Shown: positions 38,935-49,206, counted from the stretch's first letter. The stretch is 64,000 bases of DNA from Thermodesulfovibrionales bacterium (GCA_041658585.1 JBAZZX010000002.1:4704-68703); one strand, 5' to 3'. Notes: generated by a model not told the origin, from the sequence alone. Numbers and translations: made by a program.

Positions 38935-39738
38935 TCACCGTACCGCTATTCCCGCATAGCCGACGACGCGCTCATAATCTCCGCTTACTTCTCCGGAGGT
39001 TGTGTATTTTACAAGTTTTGCGGACTGCGCTCCAAGCGCTTTTGCCGCAAAAAGCATCGTCGTGACCGGCAGATAACCGCACATGGAAATCTTCTCTTTT
39101 GTTACGGTTTCATAAAGCCCTACAGGATCGAGATCCAATATCCTCTTTATGGCTTTATCGTCTTTTTTTCTCGCAACGCTATCCGGCACGTAATGACTCA
39201 TATCAGAGCTTGCCACAAGGACAACGGAATATCCCGCGCCTTTCACCGCTTTCGCAATTCCCTCTCCAAGCAGCCTGCATTCCTCGAGAGTCGCCGTAAG
39301 GATTGAAATGGGCACAATTTTGGCATTCCCGGAGAAACAGGAAATAAAAGGCAACTGGACTTCAAGGGAATGCTCAAACATATGGCCCCTGCCGTCTTTT
39401 GTGACAAAAGGTACATTCATGGCGATTTTATAGGCGATCTTTTCATCTATCTCAAAGGTCCCGGTCGGTATTTCCCATTGCCCCGATTCCATTATTGATA
39501 TCTGCGACCCGAGTCCCGTATGATTAGGCCCCAAAAGCACAAAGGTTTCAGGAAACTCGATGGCGGAGAAAACGGCGCCTGCTACGGAACCGGAATATAT
39601 GAGGCCTGCATGGGGAGAAACAATACCGATCGCCTTTTCCTTACCGGCATTTCTGTCTATGTATTGCTCGACCTGCTCTGCCAGCTTGGAGGCTGATCCG
39701 TAATAAAACTGGCCTGCTACCGCCGGAGACCTCTTCAA
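38935..39738 (-). CDS. MEMO1-family protein (AmmeMemoRadiSam system protein B type)
   Basis: PAVAGQFY...GIVSPHAGLIYSG. Confidence 0.8.
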   Translation of the reverse strand: MKRSPAVAGQFYYGSASKLAEQVEQYIDRNAGKEKAIGIVSPHAGLIYSGSVAGAVFSAIEFPETFVLLGPNHTGLGSQISIMESGQWEIPTGTFEIDEKIAYKIAMNVPFVTKDGRGHMFEHSLEVQLPFISCFSGNAKIVPISILTATLEECRLLGEGIAKAVKGAGYSVVLVASSDMSHYVPDSVARKKDDKAIKRILDLDPVGLYETVTKEKISMCGYLPVTTMLFAAKALGAQSAKLVKYTTSGEVSGDYERVVGYAGIAVR

Positions 39739-41111
39739 AATACATCCTCCCCTTCATAATCCTGATAATCCCTGTCCGACCTGTTCATAAACCTCGTGCA
39801 TTGAGAAATGAAAGATAGATTAATCGCTACTCCTGCGGGACCGTTCCTTTGTTTGGCGATATCCACTTCCGCTTTTCCCTTAACCGCCGGGTTATCTTTA
39901 TTGTAAACTTCGTCCCTGTAAAGAAACAGTATAACGTCCGCGTCCTGCTCAATAGCGCCTGATTCCCTCAGGTCGGCTAACATAGGTTTCGGGGGTTTCC
40001 GGGATTCCACGCTCCTGTTGAGCTGGCTTACTGCAATAACAGGGATGCTTAATTCTTTTGCCAGGGCCTTCAAAGAACGGGAGATATCGGATATCTCCTG
40101 TTCGCGTCTTTCAAAGCTGCCCTTCCCCCGCATTAACTGCAGATAGTCGACTATTACAAGGCTGAGGCCGTGCTCCATTTTCAGACGCCTCGCCTTGGCC
40201 CTAACCTCAAGGGCGGTGATTGCCGATGAATCATCAATAAAGATCGGCGCCCCCGTAAGATTGCCGGCTGCGCCGGTCAGTTTGTGCCAGTCTTCTTTTT
40301 TAATGAAACCCTTTCTGATGCTGTTTGAATTCACCATCGCTTCGGAACAGAGCATCCTGAGGGCAAGCTGTTCTTTTGACATTTCAAGACTGAATATGGC
40401 GACAGGCTCTTTTAATTCAAGGCCGACATATTGTGCAATATTGAGGGCAAATGCGGTTTTGCCCATCGACGGCCTGCCGCCGATTATGATGAGATCGCCT
40501 TTCTGAAAGCCTGTTGTCAGATCATCAAGGTCCCTGAAGCCTGAAGGGACTCCGGTCACGGTCTCCTTCTTATTATACAGGTGCTCTATCATCTCGAAGC
40601 TGTCTTTTATAACACTTTTCAGGGTCGAAAAGGACGCCTTGACCCTTTTCTCCGAGATATCAAAGATAGATTTTTCCGCATAATCAACAAGATCTTCCGC
40701 ATCAAGATTTTCCTCATAGACCTTGCCAGCAATATCGTTGGCAGAGTGTAGAAGACCCCTGAGAAGCGCTTTTTCACGAACAATATGGCAATGATATCTG
40801 ACATTTGCCGCAGTCGGGATCATGTTGACAAGCGCGGAAAGATACGAAATCCCTCCGATAGCATCCAGCTCTTCCCGCTTTTTCAGTTCATCGGTAAGGG
40901 TGATAATATCGATGGGCTCGTTCTTTTCAAAAAGCTCCGTCATAGCGTTGAAGATCTTACGGTGGGACAGCTTGTAAAAATCTCCTGCGTCAATGATCTC
41001 AAGGGCCTTGGGCAAGGCGTCATTGTCGATAAGAATGGCGCCGACGATAGATTGTTCCGCTTCTACATTTTGTGGAGGGAGCCTGTCTAATTGAACATCA
41101 ACTTCTTTCAT
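39735..41111 (-). CDS. dnaB: Replicative DNA helicase DnaB
   Basis: PPQNVEAEQSIVGAIL and Walker A GRPSMGKT. Confidence 0.93.
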   Translation of the reverse strand: MKEVDVQLDRLPPQNVEAEQSIVGAILIDNDALPKALEIIDAGDFYKLSHRKIFNAMTELFEKNEPIDIITLTDELKKREELDAIGGISYLSALVNMIPTAANVRYHCHIVREKALLRGLLHSANDIAGKVYEENLDAEDLVDYAEKSIFDISEKRVKASFSTLKSVIKDSFEMIEHLYNKKETVTGVPSGFRDLDDLTTGFQKGDLIIIGGRPSMGKTAFALNIAQYVGLELKEPVAIFSLEMSKEQLALRMLCSEAMVNSNSIRKGFIKKEDWHKLTGAAGNLTGAPIFIDDSSAITALEVRAKARRLKMEHGLSLVIVDYLQLMRGKGSFERREQEISDISRSLKALAKELSIPVIAVSQLNRSVESRKPPKPMLADLRESGAIEQDADVILFLYRDEVYNKDNPAVKGKAEVDIAKQRNGPAGVAINLSFISQCTRFMNRSDRDYQDYEGEDVF

Positions 41112-41134
41112 TCTTAATAATACCTTTAGATGAG

Positions 41135-41578
41135 TTATTCCTCAACAACCTGCACATTCACCTGTGTCGGTATTTCGGAATGCAGCTTGAGGTTTACCTT
41201 ATAGACGCCCAGTCTTTTGATCGGCTCTTCAATGTCTATCTTCTTCTTGTCGATCTCTATACCCTCATTTTTCAGGGCCTCGGCAATATCCATGGAAGTG
41301 ACGGAACCGAAGAGTTTTCCTTCTTCCCCTGACTTGGTCTTTATAACCAGGGTCATGGCCGAAATTTTGGCCGAAAGGTCGTGCGCCTGGTTTTTAATCT
41401 TCTTTGCCTTTTCCTGGATAATCCTTTTTTGATGCTCAAGGGATTTGATATTCTTTACATTCGCCTCAACGGCAAGCCCCCTCGGCGACAGAAAATTCCT
41501 TACATATCCGACGGATACATCGATAATCTGCCCCATGGCGCCTAAATTCTTAACGTCTTCTTTCAGTATAACCTTCAT
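41135..41578 (-). CDS. rplI: Ribosomal protein L9
   Basis: MKVILKEDVKNLG... Confidence 0.9.
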   Translation of the reverse strand: MKVILKEDVKNLGAMGQIIDVSVGYVRNFLSPRGLAVEANVKNIKSLEHQKRIIQEKAKKIKNQAHDLSAKISAMTLVIKTKSGEEGKLFGSVTSMDIAEALKNEGIEIDKKKIDIEEPIKRLGVYKVNLKLHSEIPTQVNVQVVEE

Positions 41579-41746
41579 CCGGTATCTCCTTTTCAAAAAA
41601 ATTATTTAATTTATTGTAATTGAAAGATATTGCAAAAAGATTTTGCCCTGCTACAACACACCTATTATACCATAAAGAACAGCCCTATTCGTGACACCTG
41701 CAGGACTCCGATAATCGTTGCAGGAAATCGCTAAATATGTTTTGGT

Positions 41747-42580
41747 TTACACCACCTTGAATGGGACAGGGATAAAGGTTAGGATGAATATGAACAGGGA
41801 CAGCCATCCTATAAAAGTTCTCTTACGGTCCAGGGGGACCTCCCAGTAAATTATAGGGGGATGCCGGAGACCGAGAACGAGCAGCAGAAGCGACCATACG
41901 ATCCAGCCTTCCCATAAGAATATCCCCAGGAGCGCCATCAACACAACAAGCAGGAATGAAAGCCTTTTGTGTTTTTCCCCAAGGAGCGCATAGGCAATAT
42001 GGCCGCCGTCGAGCTGTCCCACAGGGATAAGGTTCATTGAAGTCACAAAAAGTCCGATCCACCCTGCAAAGGCAACCGGATGCAATAGGATATCATAGCC
42101 TGCAGGCGCAACTCCCATAGTTACACGGGTAAGAAAAGAAAAGAGGAGAGAGTCCCCAAGGAAAAAGTCGGCTTTCGTAGAAGTTAACGGCGCCACTGCC
42201 GACATATTGAGGCCGATCACAGAGGCTATAACCGATATGATAAATCCGGCTACAGGACCTGACGCCCCGATATCTATAAGGGATTTCCTTGTCGCAATGG
42301 GCGACTTCATTTTTATGAACGCACCGAAGGTACCTATAAAATTCGGCGCCGGGATAAAATAAGGAAGCGAGGCGTTTACTCCGTGTTTCTTTGAAGCATA
42401 ATAATGCGAAAATTCATGGCTCAGGAGAATCGTCATCAAACTTGCGGCAAAGGGAATTCCTTTAGAAATGCTGCCCGGCTCACCGAGAATATCCGCGCCT
42501 GTCTGCAATGCGCCGACTGTCAGGGTCGAAAGCATTGTCAGGAGAAACAGGATTAGATGCAAAAAGGGAAATTTTTTCAT
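41747..42580 (-). CDS. M50-family site-2 metalloprotease
   Basis: HEFSHY motif, polytopic. Confidence 0.8.
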   Translation of the reverse strand: MKKFPFLHLILFLLTMLSTLTVGALQTGADILGEPGSISKGIPFAASLMTILLSHEFSHYYASKKHGVNASLPYFIPAPNFIGTFGAFIKMKSPIATRKSLIDIGASGPVAGFIISVIASVIGLNMSAVAPLTSTKADFFLGDSLLFSFLTRVTMGVAPAGYDILLHPVAFAGWIGLFVTSMNLIPVGQLDGGHIAYALLGEKHKRLSFLLVVLMALLGIFLWEGWIVWSLLLLVLGLRHPPIIYWEVPLDRKRTFIGWLSLFIFILTFIPVPFKVV

Positions 42581-42612
42581 TTAACCCGGATTATTTGTAG
42601 ATTTTTCTGATT

Positions 42613-42740
42613 GAACTGCAGATAGAGTACTTTCGCTCATTCTCGGTCGTTCCTCCCTGCGAGGCTTTTGCCTCTTTATTTTCATATACCGTATTTGACT
42701 ATCGGCAAAAAAAACCGCTCAAATACTCTATCCGCAGTTG
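42613..42740. mobile_element. Family-D MITE-like element
   Basis: Near-identical to 32547..32674. Confidence 0.8.
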
Positions 42741-42858
42741 CTGTTGCCAATTTTATGAATAATATAGGTTAGTTTATGTATCTTTATTATATTCCATTAC
42801 CAAACAAAAGGGCCTCTTTATAGAGACCCTTTCAGAATTTTGCGGAATTATAATATTT

Positions 42859-43293
42859 TTACGCCGTTCTTACGATATAAACCGAACAGGGCGCATGTGC
42901 TGCCACCTTTGAGGCTACACTCCCCATAAGGAACCTTGAGGCAGCCCCTCCAAGTCCGCGATTCCCTATGATAATCAGGTTAGTCTTGTCTTTCTCAGCC
43001 GTGCCAAGAATCTCGTCGGCAGCAGAGATGGCTGAAGAAAGGATCGTCTTTGAACTAACTCCTTCCGCCTTTAAGATGTTCTGCGCATTCTCAAGCACTT
43101 CCTCGCCACGTCTCTTCATAGACTCATTCAGACTGGCCATCTCTTTGGCAGAGATCTCGAGGTCAAGACCTGCGACAAAAGGAGAGACTGTCATTAAGGT
43201 GATATCAGCTCCCTTTGTCTTTGCATAATCCAGTGCCACCTTAACGCCTTCCGTCGAATATTTTGAACCGTCTACAGGAACCAGTATTTTCAT
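42859..43293 (-). CDS. Universal stress protein (cassette copy A)
   Basis: UspA pattern MKILVPVDGS...IIGNRGLGG...GSVA. Confidence 0.85.
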   Translation of the reverse strand: MKILVPVDGSKYSTEGVKVALDYAKTKGADITLMTVSPFVAGLDLEISAKEMASLNESMKRRGEEVLENAQNILKAEGVSSKTILSSAISAADEILGTAEKDKTNLIIIGNRGLGGAASRFLMGSVASKVAAHAPCSVYIVRTA

Positions 43294-43303
43294 TTTATCC
43301 TCC

Positions 43304-44032
43304 TTAGACTTCCTTCTTTACTTTGGCCTTTGACATCGTCAGTCCTATTCCCTCAAAGATGAAGAATATGGCAAAGCCCCACCACAAAGTATAAAAAACA
43401 TAAAATACCAGCAGGCCCGTCATCAGTCCGGCTTTATCTTTTACCTGTACGGCGTCTACCTTATAAAAATTATATGCCGCCTCAACCGCTTTTTTCATAA
43501 CGTCAGAGACAAGCTTCGCTTCCTCTACCATTTTCTCTTTTTTAAATGCCTTATCCATCTTTGTAAGGGCGGCATGCCAGTTTTTCAGAACATCTTTTTC
43601 ATTATATCCGTAGAGAGCGGTAACTTTGGCGCCGTCATTATGATACATGGCGTCCGCATCGTTAAGCACTGCAGTCATAGTCTTCCCGAGGTCCCCTTCT
43701 ATCTTCAATTCGGTTCCCGTAACTTCCACTTTAGCGCCTGCCGTAATAAATAGTTTTGCCGTGTTTTCAACCGTCTCCGGCTTATCAAGATTAATGCTAA
43801 GCATGAAATTTTTACCGATGAACTTTTCATTGCTCTTTACAACCTTCGGGATAAAATATGATGAGCCCTTCGCAAGTGTGTTAAACATTTCATCAGCCCA
43901 CTGTAATCCGTTTTGAGGCTGTCCGTCTACAGTCTTAGGAAAAATGGGTGAGAAAATAAGAAACAACACCACCCAGAACGATAGCGCGAGGACTATCCCA
44001 TAACCTAAATGTTTTTTTGCCGAACCTGCCAT
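43304..44032 (-). CDS. Two-TM protein of unknown function (cassette copy A)
   Basis: One N-terminal and one C-terminal hydrophobic helix flank a ~170-aa soluble domain. No motif recognised. Confidence 0.7.
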   Translation of the reverse strand: MAGSAKKHLGYGIVLALSFWVVLFLIFSPIFPKTVDGQPQNGLQWADEMFNTLAKGSSYFIPKVVKSNEKFIGKNFMLSINLDKPETVENTAKLFITAGAKVEVTGTELKIEGDLGKTMTAVLNDADAMYHNDGAKVTALYGYNEKDVLKNWHAALTKMDKAFKKEKMVEEAKLVSDVMKKAVEAAYNFYKVDAVQVKDKAGLMTGLLVFYVFYTLWWGFAIFFIFEGIGLTMSKAKVKKEV

Positions 44033-44033
44033 G

Positions 44034-45290
44034 TTAGCCCTCCTCTCTTAACTTTCCGATGTTAGTGACAAACTTGCTGATGACCCAGAAGCCGAAGAAT
44101 GCGACAACTATCCAGAAGATGATATTCCCTGCAAATTCTATGTTCGTAGTAAGAGATTTGTCCATATTGATATATTCAAGCTCGGTCAACTTTTTCGGCA
44201 GGGTTGAAGCCCTATTGATAAAACCGGCTATGATTGACATGGCATAGAATCCTCTGATTTGGATGCCCTTAACAACCTTTGTCGTGAGCGCACCAACCTG
44301 AATCCCTATCAGCGATCCGATAAGCATACCCATGGCAAGTGTATAGAAGACATACCCGTAAATCGCATACTGGAATATTGATGCAAGACCCGCCGTGAAG
44401 ATGATCTGCAGGATGTCGGTGCCGACTGTGGTTGCCGTTGAGACGCCGAAGATGTAGACGAACATCGGGAAGGTGACAAAGCCGCCGCCCACGCCCATGA
44501 TTGCGGCTAAAGCACCCACGATAACTCCGCCAATTGCTACAAACAGCCAGGAGATTCTTCTTCCGCCTATGTCCTCATCGAAGGTTATCATAGGAGGGAT
44601 ATTGATCTTCTGTATGTTTATTGATAGTCCTGTCATGCCTGAAGGACCGCCGTGTGCATCGTGTCCACCACCGCCTCCACCTGCCGGTTTCCTCGTGGAC
44701 TTGATAAAGTCAGCCATTGCATAGAACCCGAGGAACCCGAGCAATATGGCATAGACTGTACTAATAAATGCCTCGCTCAGCAACGGGTCTTTGTTGTAAA
44801 TTGTTTTATTGATCCAGCCGCCGATAAAGGTGCCACCGCTGGACCCTACAAGAAACGCTATCGCGAGCTTCACAGAAACGTTACCGAGTTTCTTATGAAC
44901 AGTAGTTCCCATAATAGCTTTTGCAAAGATATGGAAAACGTCCGTTCCAACAGCAAGGATGCCTTTTACTCCGGCTGCCATCAATGCCGGAGTGATGATG
45001 AATCCGCCTCCAGCGCCGATGCAGCCTGTTATCAGACCCGCTGCCAGACCTACAGCTATCGAAACCATGAAAATCATGTTCGAATAGTGCGCAGGGGCAT
45101 ACGCGGTCTTACCTCCTATCATATCTGCTGCCTGCAGGAATGATATCCCCAGTATCGGCAGCAGCATGAGACCCAGGATTAAAAGTTTCTTCCTGCTTTT
45201 AATGATGCTCATTGAAACCTCGTAATCCCACTTCGCGTGAGCTATGGACGCCATCTTAAGGAACTCATATATCTTTCTTGGAAAACTCAT
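44034..45290 (-). CDS. TauE/SafE-type (DUF81) permease, extended form (cassette copy A)
   Basis: GAGGGFIITPALM and GVGGGFVTFPMF half-repeats. Central loop GGGGGGHDAHGGPSG. Confidence 0.8.
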   Translation of the reverse strand: MSFPRKIYEFLKMASIAHAKWDYEVSMSIIKSRKKLLILGLMLLPILGISFLQAADMIGGKTAYAPAHYSNMIFMVSIAVGLAAGLITGCIGAGGGFIITPALMAAGVKGILAVGTDVFHIFAKAIMGTTVHKKLGNVSVKLAIAFLVGSSGGTFIGGWINKTIYNKDPLLSEAFISTVYAILLGFLGFYAMADFIKSTRKPAGGGGGGHDAHGGPSGMTGLSINIQKINIPPMITFDEDIGGRRISWLFVAIGGVIVGALAAIMGVGGGFVTFPMFVYIFGVSTATTVGTDILQIIFTAGLASIFQYAIYGYVFYTLAMGMLIGSLIGIQVGALTTKVVKGIQIRGFYAMSIIAGFINRASTLPKKLTELEYINMDKSLTTNIEFAGNIIFWIVVAFFGFWVISKFVTNIGKLREEG

Positions 45291-45429
45291 GGAAAATCCT
45301 CCTTTTGATTATTGGAATTTCTCCGGTAGCTATTAATATCGATCTCCCGTTATCCCCCTCCTCTCAATGAATATTTTTTAACGCCGCTAAGATGGATTTG
45401 ATGAATATCACAACCGCGAATCCAACCAC

Positions 45430-45575
45430 TTATTAGAGTCTGTGTATAAACTGCGATTCAAGCAGTCCGTCATTCTCCGACTCGATCGGGGAATCCAGTC
45501 TTTTCAATGGGCTATAGATCCCCCGGTCAAGCCGGAGGATGACAAAACCTGAGTTTATACACAGACACTTATTAA
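45430..45575. mobile_element. Inverted-repeat element (family E, single copy in the window)
   Basis: ttattagagtctgtgtataaact ... agtttatacacagacacttattaa. Confidence 0.6.
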
Positions 45576-45784
45576 TCATCATTATTTCATATCTTTATGA
45601 CATTAAAGTAATAAGCATCTGCAATATAAATTGATAACGGGTGGAATGTCAAGATTTTTCTTTATCACTGCTTAATTAACGGAAATAAGAGATATTTTAT
45701 AGTAATAAATCTATAAATTATTCCGTACAAATCAAGCATATAAATGTTATTGAATTTTATTATATGAAGACAGGCCCAGGCAGG

Positions 45785-45813
45785 AAAAAAAGGGGGCCTC
45801 CGTAAGGAGGCCC
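45785..45813 (-). terminator. Terminator after the cassette-B usp gene
   Basis: gggcctcc / ttac / ggaggccc followed by a T-run on the minus strand. Confidence 0.7.
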
Positions 45814-45854
45814 TGAATCTGTATTGAAAGAGGGGTTGGATGAGTCTTACGTTC

Positions 45855-46289
45855 TTATGCCGCTTTAACTATATAAACCGAACAGGGCGCATGTGCTGCC
45901 ACCTTTGAGGCTACACTCCCCATAAGGAACCTTGAGGCAGCCCCTCCAAGTCCGCGATTCCCTATGATAATCAGGTTAGTCTTGTCTTTCTCAGCCGTGC
46001 CAAGAATCTCGTCAGCAGCGGAGATGGCCGAAGAAAGGATCGTCTTTGAGCTCACCCCTTCCGCCTTTAAGATGTTCTGCGCATTCTCAAGCACTTCCTC
46101 GCCGCGTCTCTTCATAGACTCATTCAGACTGGACATCTCTTTGGCAGAGATCTCGAGGTCAAGACCTGCGACAAAAGGAGAGACTGTCATTAAGGTAATA
46201 TCAGCCCCCTTTGTCTTTGCATAGTCCAGCGCCACCTTAACGCCTTCCGTCGAATATTTAGAACCGTCTACAGGAACCAGTATTTTCAT
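45855..46289 (-). CDS. Universal stress protein (cassette copy B)
   Basis: Differs from copy A at 3 of 144 residues. Confidence 0.85.
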   Translation of the reverse strand: MKILVPVDGSKYSTEGVKVALDYAKTKGADITLMTVSPFVAGLDLEISAKEMSSLNESMKRRGEEVLENAQNILKAEGVSSKTILSSAISAADEILGTAEKDKTNLIIIGNRGLGGAASRFLMGSVASKVAAHAPCSVYIVKAA

Positions 46290-46299
46290 TTTATCCTCC

Positions 46300-47067
46300 T
46301 TAGACTTCCTTCTTTACTTTGGCCTTTGACATCGTCAGTCCTATTCCCCCGAAGATGAAGAATATCGCAAAGCCCCACCACAAAGTATAGAAAACATAGA
46401 ATACCAGCAGGAACGTCATCAGAAAAACCTCATCCTTGACCTTTTTTGCATCAACTCCGTAGAAGTTGTATGAGGCCTCAACCGCCTTCTTGGTCACATC
46501 AGAGACGATCTTCGCTTCCTCGATCTTTCCTTCTTTCTTGAAGGCCTTGTCTATCTTGGGCAATACATTATTCCACTGCCTGAACAGCTGCTTCATATCG
46601 TCAGTGCCCATTGCCTCTGCATATTTGGCCTTGATCTTGTCACCTTCATTCTTAAACATCATATCTGCATCCTCTAAAGCTGCCTTCAGCACAACACCAA
46701 GGTCTCCTTCGATCTTTAGTTGAGCGCCGTTGACTACAACCTTGGCGCCCGGATTAATCATAAACAGCTTGGATGCCCGTTCAGCCCTTTTCTCAGCGTC
46801 ACCCGGCTTGTCCTCAGGCTTACTCACATTGATAGTAGCTGAAAACATTTTGCCCATAAACTTCTCATTGCTCTTTTGTACCTTGGGAATGAAATATGAC
46901 GAACCCTTCGCAAGCTGGTTGAACAACTCATCAGCCCAGTCTAATCCATTCTGAGGTTGTCCCTCTGGAGTTTTCGGGAAAATTGGCGAAAATATCAGAA
47001 ATAATACTACCCAAAAGGAGAGGGCCATGACTATCCCGAAACCCAAATGTTTTTTTGCCTGTGCCAT
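46300..47067 (-). CDS. Two-TM protein of unknown function (cassette copy B)
   Basis: The termini are conserved with 43304..44032 and the centre is divergent. 255 aa. Confidence 0.7.
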   Translation of the reverse strand: MAQAKKHLGFGIVMALSFWVVLFLIFSPIFPKTPEGQPQNGLDWADELFNQLAKGSSYFIPKVQKSNEKFMGKMFSATINVSKPEDKPGDAEKRAERASKLFMINPGAKVVVNGAQLKIEGDLGVVLKAALEDADMMFKNEGDKIKAKYAEAMGTDDMKQLFRQWNNVLPKIDKAFKKEGKIEEAKIVSDVTKKAVEASYNFYGVDAKKVKDEVFLMTFLLVFYVFYTLWWGFAIFFIFGGIGLTMSKAKVKKEV

Positions 47068-47069
47068 TT

Positions 47070-48326
47070 CTATCCCTCCTCTCTTAATTTTCCGATGTTT
47101 GCAAAGAACTTGCTGATGACCCAGAAGCCGAAGAATCCGACAACGATCCAGAAGATGATATTCCCGGCATATTCTATTTTCGAAGTAATAGACGGCGATA
47201 TGTTGATATATTCAAGTTCGGTCAGTTTTTTCGGCAGGGTTGAGGCCCTGTTGATAAAACCTGCTATGATAGACATAGCATAGAATCCCCTGATGTGGAT
47301 TCCCTTCACGACTTTTGTCGTGAGCGCGCCGACCTGGATTCCGATCAGCGAACCGATAAGCATTCCCATCGCGAGCGTATAGAACACATAGCCGTAAATC
47401 GCATACTGGAATATCGATGCAAGACCTGCGGTGAAGATGATCTGGAGGATGTCAGTGCCGACTGTCGTGGCTGTTGAAACGCCGAAGATGTAAACAAACA
47501 TCGGGAAAGTGACAAAGCCGCCGCCGACACCCATGATTGCGGCTAAAGCACCCACGATCAATCCGCCTATTGCAACAAAGAGCCAGGAGATCCTTCTTCC
47601 GCCGAAGTCTTCATCAAAGGTTATCATAGGAGGGATATTGATCTTTTGTATGCTTATTGACAGGGGAGTCATCCCTGATGGCCCGCCATGGGCGTCGTGT
47701 CCGCCACCGCCTCCGCCTGCCGGTTTCCTCGTTGATTTGATAAAATCTATCATGGCATATGTACCGAGGAAGCCTAACAATACTGCATAGACCGTACTGA
47801 TAAATGCTTCACTTAACAAGGGGTCTTTGTTGTAGATTGTTTTATTGAGCCAGCCGCCAATAAAGGTGCCACCGCTCGAACCGATAAGAAATGCGATTGC
47901 TAATTTTACCGATACGTTACCGAGCTTCTTGTGAACTGTCGTCCCCATAATAGCTTTCGCAAAGATATGGAAAACATCTGTTCCAACGGCAAGGATACCT
48001 TTAACGCCTGCTGCCATAAGTGCCGGAGTGATAATAAACCCTCCTCCTGCACCGATACAACCGGTTATAAGACCCGCTGCCAGCCCCACTGCTATCGAAA
48101 CCATGAATATCATGTTCGAATAGTGTGCAGGGGCATATGCGGTCTTACCGCCTATCATATCAGCTGCCTGCAAGAGTGTTATAGCCAGTATCGGCATTAA
48201 AAGAATAAAAAGGATAAGAAGTTTCTTTCGATTTTTAATGATGCTCATCGAAACTTCATAATCCCACTTCGCATGGGCTATACTGGCTGCTTTCAGAAAT
48301 TCATACATCTGTCTCGGAAAACTCAT
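47070..48326 (-). CDS. TauE/SafE-type permease, extended form (cassette copy B)
   Basis: Collinear with 44034..45290 and also 418 aa. Confidence 0.8.
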   Translation of the reverse strand: MSFPRQMYEFLKAASIAHAKWDYEVSMSIIKNRKKLLILFILLMPILAITLLQAADMIGGKTAYAPAHYSNMIFMVSIAVGLAAGLITGCIGAGGGFIITPALMAAGVKGILAVGTDVFHIFAKAIMGTTVHKKLGNVSVKLAIAFLIGSSGGTFIGGWLNKTIYNKDPLLSEAFISTVYAVLLGFLGTYAMIDFIKSTRKPAGGGGGGHDAHGGPSGMTPLSISIQKINIPPMITFDEDFGGRRISWLFVAIGGLIVGALAAIMGVGGGFVTFPMFVYIFGVSTATTVGTDILQIIFTAGLASIFQYAIYGYVFYTLAMGMLIGSLIGIQVGALTTKVVKGIHIRGFYAMSIIAGFINRASTLPKKLTELEYINISPSITSKIEYAGNIIFWIVVGFFGFWVISKFFANIGKLREEG

Positions 48327-48360
48327 CTCAAAACCTCCTTTTTAGGCATATTTACTTTTG

Positions 48361-49098
48361 TCACTTAATTCTATCAAATTCCATCTGTAACTTTTGTCTT
48401 GTCCCGCAACCTGTCAATCTTGAAAAAGCAATAGGGATTCCATCCGAGCTGATAATGGTCCTGCTTATAAGCAATGCCCAATCCCCGTCCCTGCCCTTTA
48501 CCGCTGAAGGCACATTATCGGTAGTCTTTGTCACCTCAACAGACTGTATAACCTTGAATATCTTTTTGACGCCTTTATCCTCTATCAAGTCATAAATTGA
48601 TCTGCCGGACAGATTCTCACTGTCAATATCAGGGAGGATAAAAAGCGGAATAAATAATTCTTCTCTGTAAGATTCATCGTTAACGGTTTTTTTATAAAGA
48701 ATGTAGTATATTTCACCCTCATTCATAAAAATCTTTCTTATCTCTTCCGTCACTCCCCTTAACCCCCTGTCTAAAATTTCTTTTTCCGTTTTCACCTCCT
48801 CTCCAAAGACGTCTTCCGATAATCTTGCCCTCATGATAATCCCCTGATGCGGCTCCGACAATGTTACAAAGGTTCCCTTTCCTTGTAGTCTCTTAAGATA
48901 ACCTTCCCTTACTAATTCCTGAATGGCTTCACGGACCGTCACCTTGCTTACATGATAGATTCTGCAGAGTTCGTCTTCGGGAGGGATCTGCGCCCCTGCA
49001 GGCCATTCTCCGTTTTCGATCTTTTCCAGAAAGATCGAATATATCTGGACATAAAGTTTTTCCTTGCTTCCTCTGTCTACTGTTTTTTCAATCTTCAT
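48361..49098 (-). CDS. GntR-family (HutC/UTRA-type) transcriptional regulator
   Basis: YHVSKVTVREAIQELVREGYLKRLQGKGTFV plus a C-terminal effector domain. Confidence 0.8.
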   Translation of the reverse strand: MKIEKTVDRGSKEKLYVQIYSIFLEKIENGEWPAGAQIPPEDELCRIYHVSKVTVREAIQELVREGYLKRLQGKGTFVTLSEPHQGIIMRARLSEDVFGEEVKTEKEILDRGLRGVTEEIRKIFMNEGEIYYILYKKTVNDESYREELFIPLFILPDIDSENLSGRSIYDLIEDKGVKKIFKVIQSVEVTKTTDNVPSAVKGRDGDWALLISRTIISSDGIPIAFSRLTGCGTRQKLQMEFDRIK

Positions 49099-49138
49099 AT
49101 GCTTATTAATTCATGTCTTTATAACTAATCATAAATAA

Positions 49139-49154
49139 AGCAATGAATGTGCCA
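49139..49154 (-). promoter_or_regulatory. Sigma-54 (-24/-12) promoter
   Basis: The minus strand reads TGGCAC-attca-TTGCT. It lies ~40 nt upstream of the gntR start. Confidence 0.7.
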
Positions 49155-49206
49155 TACGCGTAACATGCCGATACTAAAGCTATATTTTAATTATTGAAGA
49201 ATAAAT

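Noticed and set aside
38935-39738. An AmmeMemoRadiSam three-gene system.
   Set aside because: Only the MEMO1-like B component is present. No AMMECR1-like or radical-SAM partner is adjacent, so there is no complete system here.
45411-45427. A sigma-54-like box upstream of cassette copy A (minus strand TGGATT-cgcgg-TTGT).
   Set aside because: Only the GG of the -24 element matches. The -12 element is GT instead of GC, and no palindromic UAS is nearby. The match is too weak to call, and the promoter of copy A remains unidentified.
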